NCBI GenBank assembly: GCA_012026655.1
Contig: JAAILG010001033.1
Coordinates: 1-64,000, forward strand
Source of the DNA: Hydrolagus affinis
Taxonomy: Eukaryota
Direction: 5' to 3'
Length of the DNA: 64,000 nt
In this document: positions 10,669 through 23,895 of the stretch, piece after piece
Layout: every line of letters begins with the position of its first letter
Position numbering within the stretch: the stretch's first letter is position 1
The notes under the pieces: model-generated
The model's input: the letters and a program-made list of their open reading frames with translations, nothing else
Database searches by the model: none
Told to the model about the DNA's origin: nothing
Program-made: the position numbers and the translations under genes

Positions 10669-12344
10669 GTGAATCTTTGAATAGGCATCTGTTCTCACAT
10701 AAACTGGCCTTGATATACATGTGATAAGCAAGGGGATTTACTCTGACATTAAGATACTTTGCATGCTTCTCTTTCAGTTATCATTGTCCTTTCCTGTAGG
10801 TTAGCACAGAGTGAAGGATGGGCTTGTACTAGAAGCAAAAGCAGTTTATTAAAATACATGGGAAGGTTATGCACTTAGTTTACAGTCTGGCAAGGATGCT
10901 GTGATGGATTCAACATTATATCCATACATGTTTTCAGGCTTCACTCTAAGTCAAGCCACCAGAACATCCTCTAATAATGAACGATTTTACAGGATATTAT
11001 AAGTAGACAATTACTGCTTATGTTGCTACACATCTACTAATACACAACTAAGCATATCGTATTTATATCCTGTTTGTACAAATTTGCAGGCTGTTACATG
11101 CAAAGCTGTCAAACTCTCGGTGCAGTATAAAAGTGATTTTTTTTTGTTTGCTTTGTAGTTGTGGCCAGATGGATTACCACAATCTTTTCAGGTACATTAA
11201 TATTCCTTGTTATTTCTCTCTCCCGTCCTGCTGCCGCCCCCCCCCCCACCCACCCACCGCCCGCTTTACTCTCCTGTATGTTATTTGCCTTTCTTTAGGA
11301 AGTGACCCTGCTTGTTTAACTCCCTGAGCTTTCTCAGTTTGGGATTTGTTATCCATGAATGTTGAAATCTGATATTGGCCATTAATATCAACCAATTTGG
11401 TATTTAAATGTTGCATTTTGGAGCCCTACTGGTCCAAAACGATGACCTCTCAATGTGAAAGGTACAATATCAGACACAAGGATTTTTGTGATTATTACTC
11501 TTGCAGACAACCTGTATATTCAGTGGATAGAAGAGTTCCCGAGTCTTAATATTGGCTTTGGCTTGTCCAGGTGGTCTGAGAGCACTCCTGCAACCTAGGA
11601 ATCTTTGCTGCTAATTAAAACCAGCTCATGGTTGAATTGCTGTTCTTGCCAGTCTGTCCTGGGAACACTGAGATAATGACGTGTTCGACTTACGAGTTAA
11701 TTATTTATGTGTAATGAAATGTGACTTTAGTGGTTGACTGATACTCTAATGCCTCACATAAGGGTCTAAAAGAGAACAAAGCATAAAATCTTAATGCAGT
11801 CTGACCTTAGTTTGCTGCAGAAGTGTCTGTTTCTGGTACCACTCTCCTCAAAATTAATCTCATTACAGAAGAATTGAGTAATCCACCCACAAATTCATAG
11901 GAGCAACAAAAATTGGAAGAAATCAGTGCTTACTTTTGGGTATGCAGATGTGTCCATTCCCATTGTGTACAGTTTATACACACACTGTGGAATAGGGGAT
12001 AAAGCTGGCTTGCTCATTATCTCAAAGCTTTAAATTAGAGAGGAGGAAATTGCAGAATCCTGATGTAAACTGCCAAATCAGTGCCTCAATTTTATATAAG
12101 ATTCATGTTAAAACTTGAGACGTTCCAGGTAGCCATGTATATGTTGTTAGGATTAGTTTTAGAGGTTGACCCAGTCCTGCTTGTGATCTGTACCAATTTG
12201 TTATAATCCCAATGACAAACGTATATATCTAATACCGCTTACAAATTTATGAATTTGAAATTGGACTTTCTTATTTTTATTTGACATTTTAAATGATTTA
12301 AAAGTTCCTTGGGCAATTTTCCACTTTTATCCAAATTCACCATA

Positions 12345-12610
12345 AACATAGATTGATTTTGCAAGCTGCTTTTTTGAAATTAGTCCAGTATCCTGTCCTC
12401 AACCAGCCTTTGTGGCAAACTTTTCCAGTCGTTAGTTAAATTCTGGGTAAAGAAAAATATCCTGGTGTCTGTCCTGAAATTGCTCTTTTGACTTCCAAAC
12501 CTATACCATTTTGTTCTATTGGCGTGATGCAAGTATTGTTCTGCTTTACTTTTACATTCTCATTGAAAATATTGTAATATACTCCTTGATAAGATCTTCC
12601 TCTGAGTCGT
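12345..12610 (-). mobile_element. CR1 LINE 3' fragment
   Basis: aaaaatatcctggtgtctgtcctgaaattgc matches, inverted, the CR1 pieces at 16385 and 54985. Confidence 0.7.
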
Positions 12611-13729
12611 CACATCATTTCAGTACAATCTATTGTATGATGTGCTAGTAAGATGTGTTATTTATTATTTTATACATATTATTTATTTGAACTAAATCAT
12701 TGGACTTCCTTTTTATCAATGAGAATCCATGATAATGGAATTGAGAATAGTACAGACCTATTGAATAACAGATTCCCTCCACTCCCTGAGAAACATTATC
12801 TCACAAATGCAGTTCCAATTATTTTTTGACTTTAATTGATATCATTATATGAAAAATACATTAAAGTGAAAATCTGACCAATTCATCCTCAAATATGTTG
12901 ACCAGAGGCCTAAAATTTGTGAGTTACTGTAAACATTAAAGGTTTAGACTGACTTATCAGACAATAGAGTGAATGACAACCTTATTCACCAGAAGCAATA
13001 AGCAGACAAGTTCTCAATTCTGGATTAGTTTTGTTCATATCAAAGAAATGTCAGGTGTTAGAAGTAGACTGGAATGTGAGCTATAAATTTCCCAGAGTGC
13101 CATGAATTTCGTTAGATCTGTACAATTGAAAGTGCAAGAAAAATCCATTAATCCATCTACATTTCATCAAAACACTAACCTTTGTGAAAGATCAGTGTAC
13201 TTTGCATTTCAAAACTTTTAAGATGAAGAATCAATTTTTGGATCCCACATAATGAATTCCCTCTCGTCTCCAGTGAAGCCCTGTTGCACTTTTCTGATGT
13301 GAAAATTAAGATGGCTTTGTTTTATTTTTGTCAAATAAATAGATCACTCATATAATTCTCGGAAATATAAAATGTCACATGAATTAAAATGTCCCATGCA
13401 TCACGTTGGCCTCCGCTAATGTAGCTGAAAGATTGTAAAATGGAGAAACAGGAGCTATATAGAACAGAAATGTGAGGTAAGTTAGTGAACGATGAATCTT
13501 AGAAGCAAATAATGAAGCAGAAATGATGTAAACTTGTGCCCTGCTTATACCCACTTGAAAATGCAGTCGTGTTGCATTTTCGAGTGGGAAGCCTGAATTA
13601 TATTTTGTGCTCTGCTCATGTTTGTGTTTGCGAACAGCCTGGTCATTGCAAAAAAGCACCTTCTCTTTAAGTTCGGTATGAAATGATAACGATAACAATG
13701 GTTTTGCACTTTAAAAAAAAGATATTAAC

Positions 13730-14140
13730 AGTAATTCTTGCATTTGACATCCGAAAGTGCTTCACAAGAATCTACTGTAAAGTGACTGTGTGTGTTATAG
13801 GTGAACGCAGCAACCAATATTGTGCACAGCAATGTCCTACCTATAGCCCTGACGTGAATGAGAAATTTTATCTGGAAGATTGTTGGCCAGAACATTGGGC
13901 AAAAAAATCCCTGCTCTTTTCGAATAGTGCTGTGGGATGTTTAACGTCCATTTCCATAGATAGATAGGATCTTGCTTCATCTTCTCATCCAAAGGACGGC
14001 ACCTCCAACAATGCAGCGCATCCCCAGAGCTGCTTTGAAAAGCCAGCATGAACTGTGAGATTAACGTCTTGACATGTGGCTTGAACCTACAATCTTCTGA
14101 ATCAGAGGTGAGAATGCTACCAACTGAGGCAGGTTGACAC
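13730..14140 (-). mobile_element. Old Deu-domain SINE, family B, full length
   Basis: Head gtcaacctgcctcagttggtagcattctcacctctgattcagaag (reverse complement), Deu core gcaaccaatattgtgcacagcaat, tail ttcttgcatttg. Confidence 0.85.
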
Positions 14141-14344
14141 CTTCACAGTTGCAAAGAGGTGTGATGCTGAGGTGTTTTCTTTTCCTATTTTTTCCTTTAT
14201 TTGATTTACTATGCATGCATTTTAAACCCATTCAACACAGACCGTGGCCGTAGCTTCCTGTGCTAATTAACACAAGGATTATGTAAAGTAAGACCACAAA
14301 TTGTATAACTCAATTCCATCAGACCAGTTGTTGTGTATAATAAT

Positions 14345-14768
14345 ATTTAATAATCCTTACATTGCCTTTCACTTTAGGAGGCTGTCTCAAAGCACTTCGC
14401 AGGATATACTGTAAAATGTATTTGCTGTCTATTTGTATGCAAATGTGGCAGCCCGTTTGCACACAGCAATGCCCCCAAAACATCCTTGGAGCGAGTGACC
14501 AATTTTATTGATGGGATTATTGGCCAGAATATCGGGAGAAACTCTCTTCTTTTTAGAGTTGTGCCATGAAATCTTTAACGTCCATCTGAACAGTCGGATT
14601 GGACCTTGGATTAATATTTTATGCGAAGGGTGGCATCTCCGCCAAAACAGCGCACCCCCAGCACTGCATTGGAGTGTCAGCATAGACCATAAGAATTCCC
14701 AATGTGAGGCACCTACCTACAACCTTTGGCTTTGATGCGAGAGTGCTACCAACTAAGGCAGGCTGACA
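14345..14768 (-). mobile_element. Old Deu-domain SINE, family B, full length
   Basis: Same layout as the 13730 copy, with core gtggcagcccgtttgcacacagcaat. Confidence 0.85.
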
Positions 14769-14876
14769 TATAAATTCTGATTATAATGCCTTAAAGAGCA
14801 CTGAAAGGACATCTGCTACCACACTAAACATTCTGATTGTAATATGCATCCAAAGGTAACAATGTTCTTCATCCAA

Positions 14877-14905
14877 TGTGTGTGTGTGTATATATATATA
14901 TATAT
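14877..14905. repeat. (TG)n(TA)n compound microsatellite
   Basis: Read directly from the sequence. Confidence 0.9.
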
Positions 14906-15279
14906 AAAATATACATATTGTGACATCCCAGGGGTGTTTGAATGGTGATAGTTGCTAATCACTGAAACCGTTTTTAAATATTTGATGACAAAAACGATGA
15001 ACCAGTCAGCTACATTTGATCTGATACAGGAAATAAACAACTCTCCTTGTGGACTGAAAATCGATTTAAAAAAAAACAATAAGAGCGGCGACTATTATCT
15101 GCTTATGTTTCACAAATAAAACATTGATGTTCCCTTTAAAAGTAGCCATCGTTCATCCTGCTGGTTTCATGGACAATAACAGTTCGGCAGTAATTTCTAC
15201 TGGGGAAAGATATATGATGTTGTAAATATTTAAAATCAAATTTGGAATAAGGCAGAGATAGATGGATGTGGAGGTTGTG

Positions 15280-15423
15280 ATGAATGCTGAAGGCCTCCTT
15301 CAACACTGAAGGCCACAGACTTTGGAGCGGTAGTGGCCGACCGATGGCCCAGAAATGGCCCGTGGGGCTGTCAAGAAGTGCCCCCTGCCGCCCTCCCAAA
15401 CAGTCGCACCAGTCTAGGTAAGT
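15280..15423. promoter_or_regulatory. GC-rich patch with a CTCF-like motif (15378-15391, minus) ending in a strong + strand splice donor
   Basis: gtgccccctgccgc (reverse complement GCGGCAGGGGGCAC). TAG|GTAAGT at 15417/15418. Several CpGs retained. Confidence 0.35.
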
Positions 15424-16384
15424 CCATGTTTGATCAGTGATGTGTTTCCAGGTTTCCCTTGGAGATAAATTAAGAAATACTCGATTAAGACATTTGATTT
15501 GGATCAAACAATTTGGCCACCACTGGAGAATACTCTGTCCCATATCGTTGGCCTGCATTCCCAGGGACCGCATTTGGAAACCTAGCTTTTGTTACTGTGG
15601 TTTTTGCTGTCTCCCGTCACCATGCAAACCATCAAACCCGCAGCCGGTTGTGAGATCGATGCAGTCACAAAGAATTTGCCATAAAATTATGATTCCTGCA
15701 GTAAATGAAAATCGCAAGAATTTATAGAATAAATAGAGAAATTATTCTACAAATGTACACATCAACCTTTGCGAAAGTGGTTGTGGATGTGTATGCAGAT
15801 TATTATAGTGGGTAATGGTCTGAAAGTCGGTGACCTCCAACTCACCTACTATATTTCAAAGGTAATTCGAATGCAATAGTAAGCATCAAGGACACTGTAT
15901 TGCAATGGCCCATATTTACTGTACTGCCATGTGTGATGGAGACTGGTTAACTGTAGGCACCGAGAGAGCAGTGAGATTTAATACGGAAATATTACACACC
16001 TGAATAATTAAGAATTTTAAATGGGTTATGTTGTTATATGGCTGTCATAAGTTAAAACTCATAAATGTTTATGCATATATTTATGGGCAGATTTTAATAG
16101 AAATAATTATTTTAGCACACAATTTTACTGCTGCACTCAATGCGTAGCTTAAAATGAGTGAAAAACCCCTCTAAAATGTCCTACATTTCAAAACCTCTGG
16201 CTGACACAAAATACAGTATTTGGTTTGGGTTTAAAGCACAAATCGTTAAATACAAAGAAACTAATTTAGTATGATTTGTTTTATGGTTGAGGTGACTGGC
16301 TATTTCAGTCTTGTTTGCCCACTCTTGAACAACAAAGTAAATTGGATTTCCACCTTCTGTTTAGATGGAGCAGGAGACAGTAGG

Positions 16385-16567
16385 AGAACACAGAGTTAAG
16401 AGTTGCAAAGGGCAATTTTAGGACGGACACCGGGAAGTATTTCTTTCCTAAGAAGGTAATTAATGACTGCAACAGGATACTGTTCTATGGTAGGTGGGAG
16501 GGTGGGTATTTTGGAAGGACGGGTTCAAAAGGCTTTCTTCATCTGAACCTCTGCTATGATCTTGTGA
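16385..16567 (+). mobile_element. CR1 LINE 3' end fragment
   Basis: gcaaagggcaattttaggacggacaccgggaagtatttcttt, followed by a tail ending gatcttgtga. Confidence 0.7.
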
Positions 16568-18029
16568 ACACTTAACCTCTCCACCAAATGGCCTACTGAA
16601 ACATGACATGTCACGGGAGTATTGAAGCAACCTAACTGTCCTTTTTGCGGGCTAATGTTGCTGTGCAACTCGCCACGAGCATCGTTAATAATTTACGTTT
16701 CCCTCTTGTCGAACACAGGATCACCTATAGGACGACATGCACACGTATGCTGAGTGATTTATACGGTATCATAAAATTATTTTTTAAAGGAGGGAAAGTA
16801 AGATGTTGAAATTTAAATAATGTTTGCTGCACAATTGGAATGTCACTTTGACAGTTGTTGCAAATTAAATTGAGTCTGGAGCTGGTGGATTTGATCTCTT
16901 CTTCCCAGGTTTGCTGATGATATATTGCAGTTTTAATGGACTATCATTCATCATCTGATAATGACAAATGTATTATTTCTGAGCTTGTCATCTGTTCCTT
17001 GATGACAAATAGTCCAACTTCTAGTGGTGATAATGGAATTTTATAATGATCTGCCCTAAATTGAATCTAACTAACTGTACTGCAAGTGATGTTTGCTCAA
17101 ATTTCATGCAAGCCTTTGTGCACAATTCATGGAAATGAACTTCAAATTATAGACCTGCAATGAACAGTCTAAAGGACAGGAACAAGAGTACAGTATCCTT
17201 TCAAGTGAACACAGGTCATGCCGTTCCGTTTTGACGACTGGTATTAGTGATGAAAAAATCAACATGTAGATTTCATTGCAGTACTTGTCACTCCGATGCT
17301 GTCGGGGTAAATGGACCTTCATTGAAGGACATAGGATGTCATTAGAGTATGCATTCTCTTCTAACTTATTGTGGGGGGAAAGAGCTATGCTTAGAGTTTT
17401 TAAAAGGCAATTTCCCTTTCAGTACCAAATACTACCGAATATTTGATCTTTCTATAACTAAGCTTCTGCTGTGGTGCGAAGCCCAAAGGACCCTCTCTTA
17501 GCTAAAGGCTACTTATTTTGCTACATCCCAATCAAAATGTTCTTGGCGTTTGATATTTACAATGCACAAAACAATGGATTGCTGCAATTAATGATGATGG
17601 GAAAGACCCTGGAGTAGAAATATTGTGATGTTGAAAGATAAAACAGCACAAATTATAATTTGGGATAGTCTTAATGTTACTGTGAGTTTGTGAGTAATAA
17701 CACCAGTGATTCATTGAAAGGTTGGCATAGAGTGAATTTAATGTAATACTTTGAAAATGATTAGATTTTTGGACAAGTGGAAATGAGATTGATTACTTCC
17801 AAACAAGAAATGGGCTAAGAAATAAGATGAGAACTTAATTCACTTCAATATAGAAATGCTTAAGTTAGCTCTAACAATCTATCATCTTTGCATTTTATAT
17901 TGTGCCTTTCACACTGGGAGAATGTTCAAAACACTTGGCATGATTTACTGAGTATTCTGTATTGCCAGAAAAGGGGTTTATCAAAATCAATTAATGAGAA
18001 ATAATTAGAAACAAATAAAACTTGATATG

Positions 18030-18080
18030 GGTGTCCTCCCAATGTGAAAAGCACTATACAAATGTAATTTTGTTGTTGTT
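18030..18080 (+). mobile_element. L2 tail fragment
   Basis: gtcctcccaatgtgaaaagcactatacaaatgtaattttgttgttgtt. Confidence 0.75.
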
Positions 18081-20819
18081 AAGTCACCTAAATGTTGAAT
18101 AGGACTATAGATCAGTAAAATATTCAGAAATTGTATTTTTAATTCTAATGTAATGGGGGTGGGGGGGTGGTGGGGGGGTGGGGGTGTATGATATGATGGA
18201 AGCCTAAAGGTTGTGAAAGTTGCTTGTTGATATATTATGCTCGATAATGAACCACGGAGTAAGGCCTAAAACCACACCCCAGGACAGATAGGAAGAAAGC
18301 AATTCAAGAAAATGGAGTTCAGAGAAAAGCCGCTGAAATGTTTCCTTTGCTGTAATCTTCTGTGTACTGCAGGTTTCCTGTAGGCATTTGTCTTGGGTCA
18401 AAATATCCTGACCACTAATGGTTTAAATTGTGTCCTTGTCCGTATGCTGTGTATACACAGGAAATTTATCTCAAAACTACAAGTAAAAGAGAACCATCTA
18501 TACTGAGGGCTGATTGTAATCTGGGACCTCGCCAGTTGCTCAATATTTTAGGCGGTTGAACACTCAGTATAGTGAAAATAATGGCTGTGTCAGTGAAGAT
18601 CATTTTTCCATTCATTCTGATATGAACAGTTAAATAATCACCATTGTGCTATGCATTTTATTGATCCATATAAAAGGGATCAAGCGAACTGCTGTGATGT
18701 TCGAATAAATCAGAAAAATAGTTTGATCTGGTATAGTTTTCTTTATAGGCATCATCTTTCGAAGATGCCCTTGTATAGATTATTTGCGCTGCAAAGCTAA
18801 GGAGTAAAATGCTGTCAAGTTTGCATACACTGTTGTGATTGCAATGTTTCCATCAGTATCCAAAGACATTAATGGGTTGAATCGAGGGGAAAAAGCTTTT
18901 AAGAAACCAAGGCACCTACTGCTCCTCTCCACCGTTTCCTTTATCTTAATAAGTAATGAGTCTGCCATTGGCTGACAATGAAATATTTTAAAAATAGTTT
19001 TAATGTGAAGCTGGCAGAAGAGCTATTGGGCATTGATGAATTGAGCAAACAAGGAAGATGGCAAACCTGTGAAATATTAATGACCTTCTTTCGCAAGTGT
19101 TGTTAGAAAATCCACTTGCTTGTTTTATGAACATTAAATATCTACAAGTTAACCTGCATCCAAATGGACTGAACCTGCTTCCATCTGCCTCAAGGCAAAA
19201 CATAAAGGAATAATTGTATTTGTGTTTCCTGGAGCATGCACATTTTAGCTTACATGGGTCACTTTCAGTTTGTATCTGTGTACAGAATATTAGCTTATTA
19301 ATGTGATTTATACCTGAAGGTTATAAAGTTGGTTTAGAAATATTGTCAGCTTAGTCACAATCAACATCGGAGCTAAGTGGATGTGGGTCAAACCTTAATG
19401 TGTATTTCCAACTTTCAGGCCTCACATATTAAATGCAATACCCCAGAGGCTGTTTATTTAAAGCTGACAAATAGAGGCTACAATTGAAATAATTGTGGTA
19501 ATATTCAATTAATAATTATTCAGATATTTGAGTACTTGCATGATTATTGCTGGCTATCAATTCATTATCTCACCCACTGAAAGTGGTGTCATATGTTGCA
19601 ACCAATTTTAAAACATTGTGAAGGAGGATAATGGGACTAACCAACCTCATGAGATTATGGCTTCCTTGACCTTTAAAATGTTGACAATAAGTACAGAACA
19701 TATTTCTGCTGCAGTTCAGAATTATTGAGAAAATTGCCGCTCAGTGCTATACACTGGTGAGAGCCAAGTAGGTGGTGTCCTTACAGATGATGGATATGCC
19801 GGCCGATAAGTTAGAACTTTATGGTATGGTTTGCAAATTGAAACATTAGCAGCCTAAGGTTTGCAAGAGATACTGCAGGAATCAGCTCAGAGTTTTAACC
19901 TAGTGTTTAAATTCTGGATCCCATGAAACAGATGCAGGTTTCCATTTCCTGAAGTGTTCCAGCAGAATTAATCCTGCATGTTAGCTGGTGAAAGTACGTA
20001 TTAATTATATTTATAAAATGCCGTTATGGATGTGTTTATTAGTGCACTAAGTGACCCTGTAATTCATATTAATCTTGTGTAGTCATCAGTGTTATATTAA
20101 TATTCTTTGTTTCAATAAGATGTGACAGATTAAAAGCTTTGTGAAATGTATTAATTTTTATTGGAGCAGACATTAAACAAAACCATTACATCATGACTAT
20201 ACAAGACAATTTACAGAAGATAAATAAATCAGATCAAAGCTATTGTCCTATGATCCAGTTCAATTATTCACAGCCTGTCTATATAATATTTAATGTATTA
20301 TTCAGTAAAATCTTTTTAAAAAATGTGTTTTAAAATCCTTAAGAACCCTAAATGCCTAAAAGTTACACTGCACAAAGAACGATTGACGGTTTGAGCAAAT
20401 CTAAAAAAAATACAGTTCTGTGCTTTCTTCAGGTTGAGTTTACAACAAACTGATTGATTATAAAGATTTTTAAAAATCATAAGAACCCCCCACCCCGAAA
20501 GTTATAGCCGTACAAGTAGGATTTGTTTTCAATAACATTGAAATTAAATCCTAGTCAAAGCAGACGTTGGTATCTTTCAACCCACCCAGCTTGCTCTGAA
20601 TCTTGTTGACCTTTCCACATCTCCTGCTGATTTCCGCTGTTATGTTCCCTACTCCCAGCCACCCAAGCTCCAGCAGAACACAAAGCAACTAACCTTTTAT
20701 AGCCGAACATATCCTTGTAGTATAGGGTTCTCTCTTTCCAAACTCTCATGTCACTTTCAGCCAGGATTTAGCTCCAGTCACTCTTTCCACTAACATAGCA
20801 TGGATCAAATGGCCTGGTA

Positions 20820-20882
20820 ACTACAATAACAAAATTACAACTGTAGAGTGCCTTCCACGTCGGGAGGACATCCCAAGACGCT
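20820..20882 (-). mobile_element. L2 tail fragment
   Basis: acaataacaaaattaca...gccttccacgtcgggaggacatcccaagacgc. Confidence 0.75.
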
Positions 20883-22542
20883 ACCAACTATTCAGCCTTG
20901 TACTGGTAGAGCACAGAATGTGGGGAGAGGTGAATGTTAAAGAGATGATAATCAAAGATGAGCTTGGAAATCTCCAACGATCACTGTGGAGTCGAGGTCT
21001 ATTTTCATACCCAGGGGAGTGAGTGATCTAGCAATGCCGTTGTTGTGTTGGTTCCCAGCGACAGTTGGGAGTCATTAAAATTTCCCATTCTGTTCAATTG
21101 GACCTATTTACTTCTGTACGACCAACCATGTTGGTAAGTAGTTCACCATGTGTGGCCAGGTTGCTTGTTGTTTCAATGGTATGACAACAAGGTGGTGGCA
21201 GAAATGACTAACCAGCTTGGGAGTCTCGTAAAACTAAGCCTGGAGGTTATTTGGAGCACAGGCTGTGACTGACAAGATTTTATTAGTCTGATGCAATGTT
21301 CCCAAACAGGCAGCACACACACTTGTACAAAATGAACCCATCAAAGTATAGCTAACCTGGAATAACTATAACCACTGTGAAGTAAACCTGTTTGGAAGAT
21401 CTTGGGTTGTTAACTACACTAGGCATTACCAACATTAACTCTTCACTGACATTAAAAATGTCCTGGCTGTTCAGATAAGTTAAAGCAGTTAAAACAGTGC
21501 TCTACTGTGTTCTTTTAGCAGAAAGTTGGAGCTAGCAATATACCTCATGTTTATTTACCCATCAAACAGATTGTACTAGGTAAAAATTTGTGAACTATAC
21601 ATAGGCTAATGCATGTTCCAGGAACACCCCTGTGCGATGTGAACATGCAGATGAATGCTCTTAATGTCTGGAGAAAAGCAGAAATCTGAATGTGTGCAAG
21701 TATTCTGACTAGACTGGCAACTGGCGCAATTGAGATGAAATTTAACCCATCTCATTAATGCATAACCCGAGCATTAGATCATTGGCGAATAGTGATTAGA
21801 GGTAAATGCAAATCCTGAGTTGTTGGAGAGCATTGTTTGAAGCCTTCTTCATATATCCCAAGAATGCAGGAGACCTGTGTGGTTATATGGTACCATCATA
21901 AACCAACCCTTATTAAATGTTTGTGAGCTAGCACCTAAGGCTCAAGCTTAATTGCAGTGTAAAAAGGAGCCGGAAATGGTCCCCGAGTGAAGTGAATAAA
22001 AACTTATGGTGTGATCGGCTGCAGGATTTACTGCGTGATATATACCCAGTGGGTTGTCCTTGACTATTTAGAAGGTAGCATTAATGGGTATTTTTGACAG
22101 CTACTTCAAAAAATGTTTCCGCATGTATCTGAACATTTCAGGGCAATAATAACGCTGTGAGACCTACAGTTCTGAAGAGCATTAGTGAAGAGATCCGCTG
22201 TGCGTAAATGACTGCAACAAAGTTGAAAGGAAACATTGCTCTTGTAGGAGGGGTTGCTTTAAATTCTGGATCAGATGTTTGAACTGGTGAGAAGCTGCTT
22301 CCTGACAAATAAAGCATGATCTTAGTTCAGCCTTAACACCACCCTCAGCCAGCAAGAATCTACTCCTTATGTTAACTTTCTCTAGTTTTGCGATGACATA
22401 CTTAAACACATTTTCCACTAAACACATTTTTGCATATACTTTCCGATGTGTCGTAGCATTTGCTGTTATATTTGCAATCTAGTCACAAACTAGAAAATGA
22501 GCATAAACGTACTGAATTTATTGAAACCAACAACAACACATT

Positions 22543-22942
22543 TGTCAGCGGACCAGAGTCAGTCGTGCTGGTTCCAATAATACCACAGTCTAGGTTGCGT
22601 GGAGAGAAAATATGTTCTGACCAAGTACGGTCACACCACACTAAGTGCAATATAATCAGAATATGTACACCATTTCAAACACATGATCTATGGATATTAA
22701 CTCCCCGTGAATAAACATGGAAACATTTTTTCCAATCACTTCAATTCACTCCTTTCATACTGTGACTCGTCTTGAGAGCAGAATGAGCGGTTGGGACAAA
22801 GGAGCACAAATTGCATTGAGGAGATCCTTTCTTTCAGCCTTTCATATGTTACTTGGTCAGAACATATTTCCTCTCCACACAATCTATACTGTGGTATTAT
22901 TGGAGCCAGCACGATTGACAGGTAGACTCTGGTCAGCTTACA
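22543..22942. mobile_element. 400-bp element with 85-93 bp inverted arms (foldback/MITE-like)
   Basis: Arm 22543-22627 against the reverse complement of 22850-22942 shows 8 mismatches and one 8-nt gap by hand alignment. Ends are TG...CA. Confidence 0.7.
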
Positions 22943-23183
22943 CACTTCTAGGTGACTGAATACCATCAAGACCCCAGGAACTGTCTGGATTGAACACCTA
23001 GGCCACAAAATGTGGATCCCTTAATGCAAAATAAAGATTTCTCAGTGTGTGCAAGTTTAGAACTTCCCTTCAGACTGAATTAGGAGGCACTTTTATAGCA
23101 AAATATCTTGCATCCTCTTTTGAATTCAATTCCTCACCCTTGCGTGTTTCTCAAGTAACTTTCTTCCTCTTTTTCCTAAACAG

Positions 23184-23325
23184 GCTAATGTCCCAGGCCT
23201 GAAGCCCAACTGGAGATTCCTCTGCATGTTGCCCTCACTATTTGGTAGACGATCTTTAAGGATTCTGGTGCTCCCTATCTAGATGGCATTTGCTATGATA
23301 AAAGGATCAGTGCAATTATTGATTG
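23184..23325 (+). other. Candidate 142-nt non-coding exon
   Basis: Strong acceptor ttcttcctctttttcctaaacag|. Donor TTG|GTGAGT, with an alternative AAG|GTGAGT at 23441. Stop codons in all frames. Confidence 0.35.
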
Positions 23326-23380
23326 GTGAGTGCACAACCAACCACTGAGGGTTTTTCCAGGAGGTTGAGCCAATAAAGCA

Positions 23381-23394
23381 GGGCCCTCTGCTGG
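23381..23394 (-). promoter_or_regulatory. CTCF-like motif
   Basis: Reverse complement CCAGCAGAGGGCCC, with one core mismatch. Confidence 0.4.
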
Positions 23395-23895
23395 TGGAAT
23401 GCTCTATAAACTGAAACATGTTGATGCAAACTGGCATTAAGGTGAGTGATAGACAGAGCTCCTACTTTCTCAGCCTTTCCCTGTAGAACTCTAAGCAGTA
23501 AAACTCCAGAGATCATTTCAATACTGATTGCTCCCAATCAATATTTCATTCCATTATTGTATTAACCCAAAGGTTAAGATTGACCCCAACACCCTCAGGT
23601 GGCCAATGAAAAGAAAGAGCACTTTAGCAACTTGGATTACATGCTTTGGGACCAATAGATGGCTTTACATTTAGCCCAATTTACATGAAAATCCAATAGT
23701 GATCTGAACCACTTCATTGCTTCCAACAGTACCGACAGTAAAGCCCTCAGGGTTTGGAAAATAATTTGCAATGATTTAAATACAGGGGAGAACCCAGCAT
23801 TGATTCATAACCCTTTGATTGCCCGATGATCCCTTAAATAAGTGAAACCAATTCAAATGAACTTCCTAAATCCTATGACTTATTGGGATAAAATT

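Noticed and set aside
13730-14768. Two adjacent same-strand SINE B copies as LTRs or a tandem duplication
   Set aside because: They look as diverged from each other as from other copies and their flanks are unrelated, so they are independent insertions.
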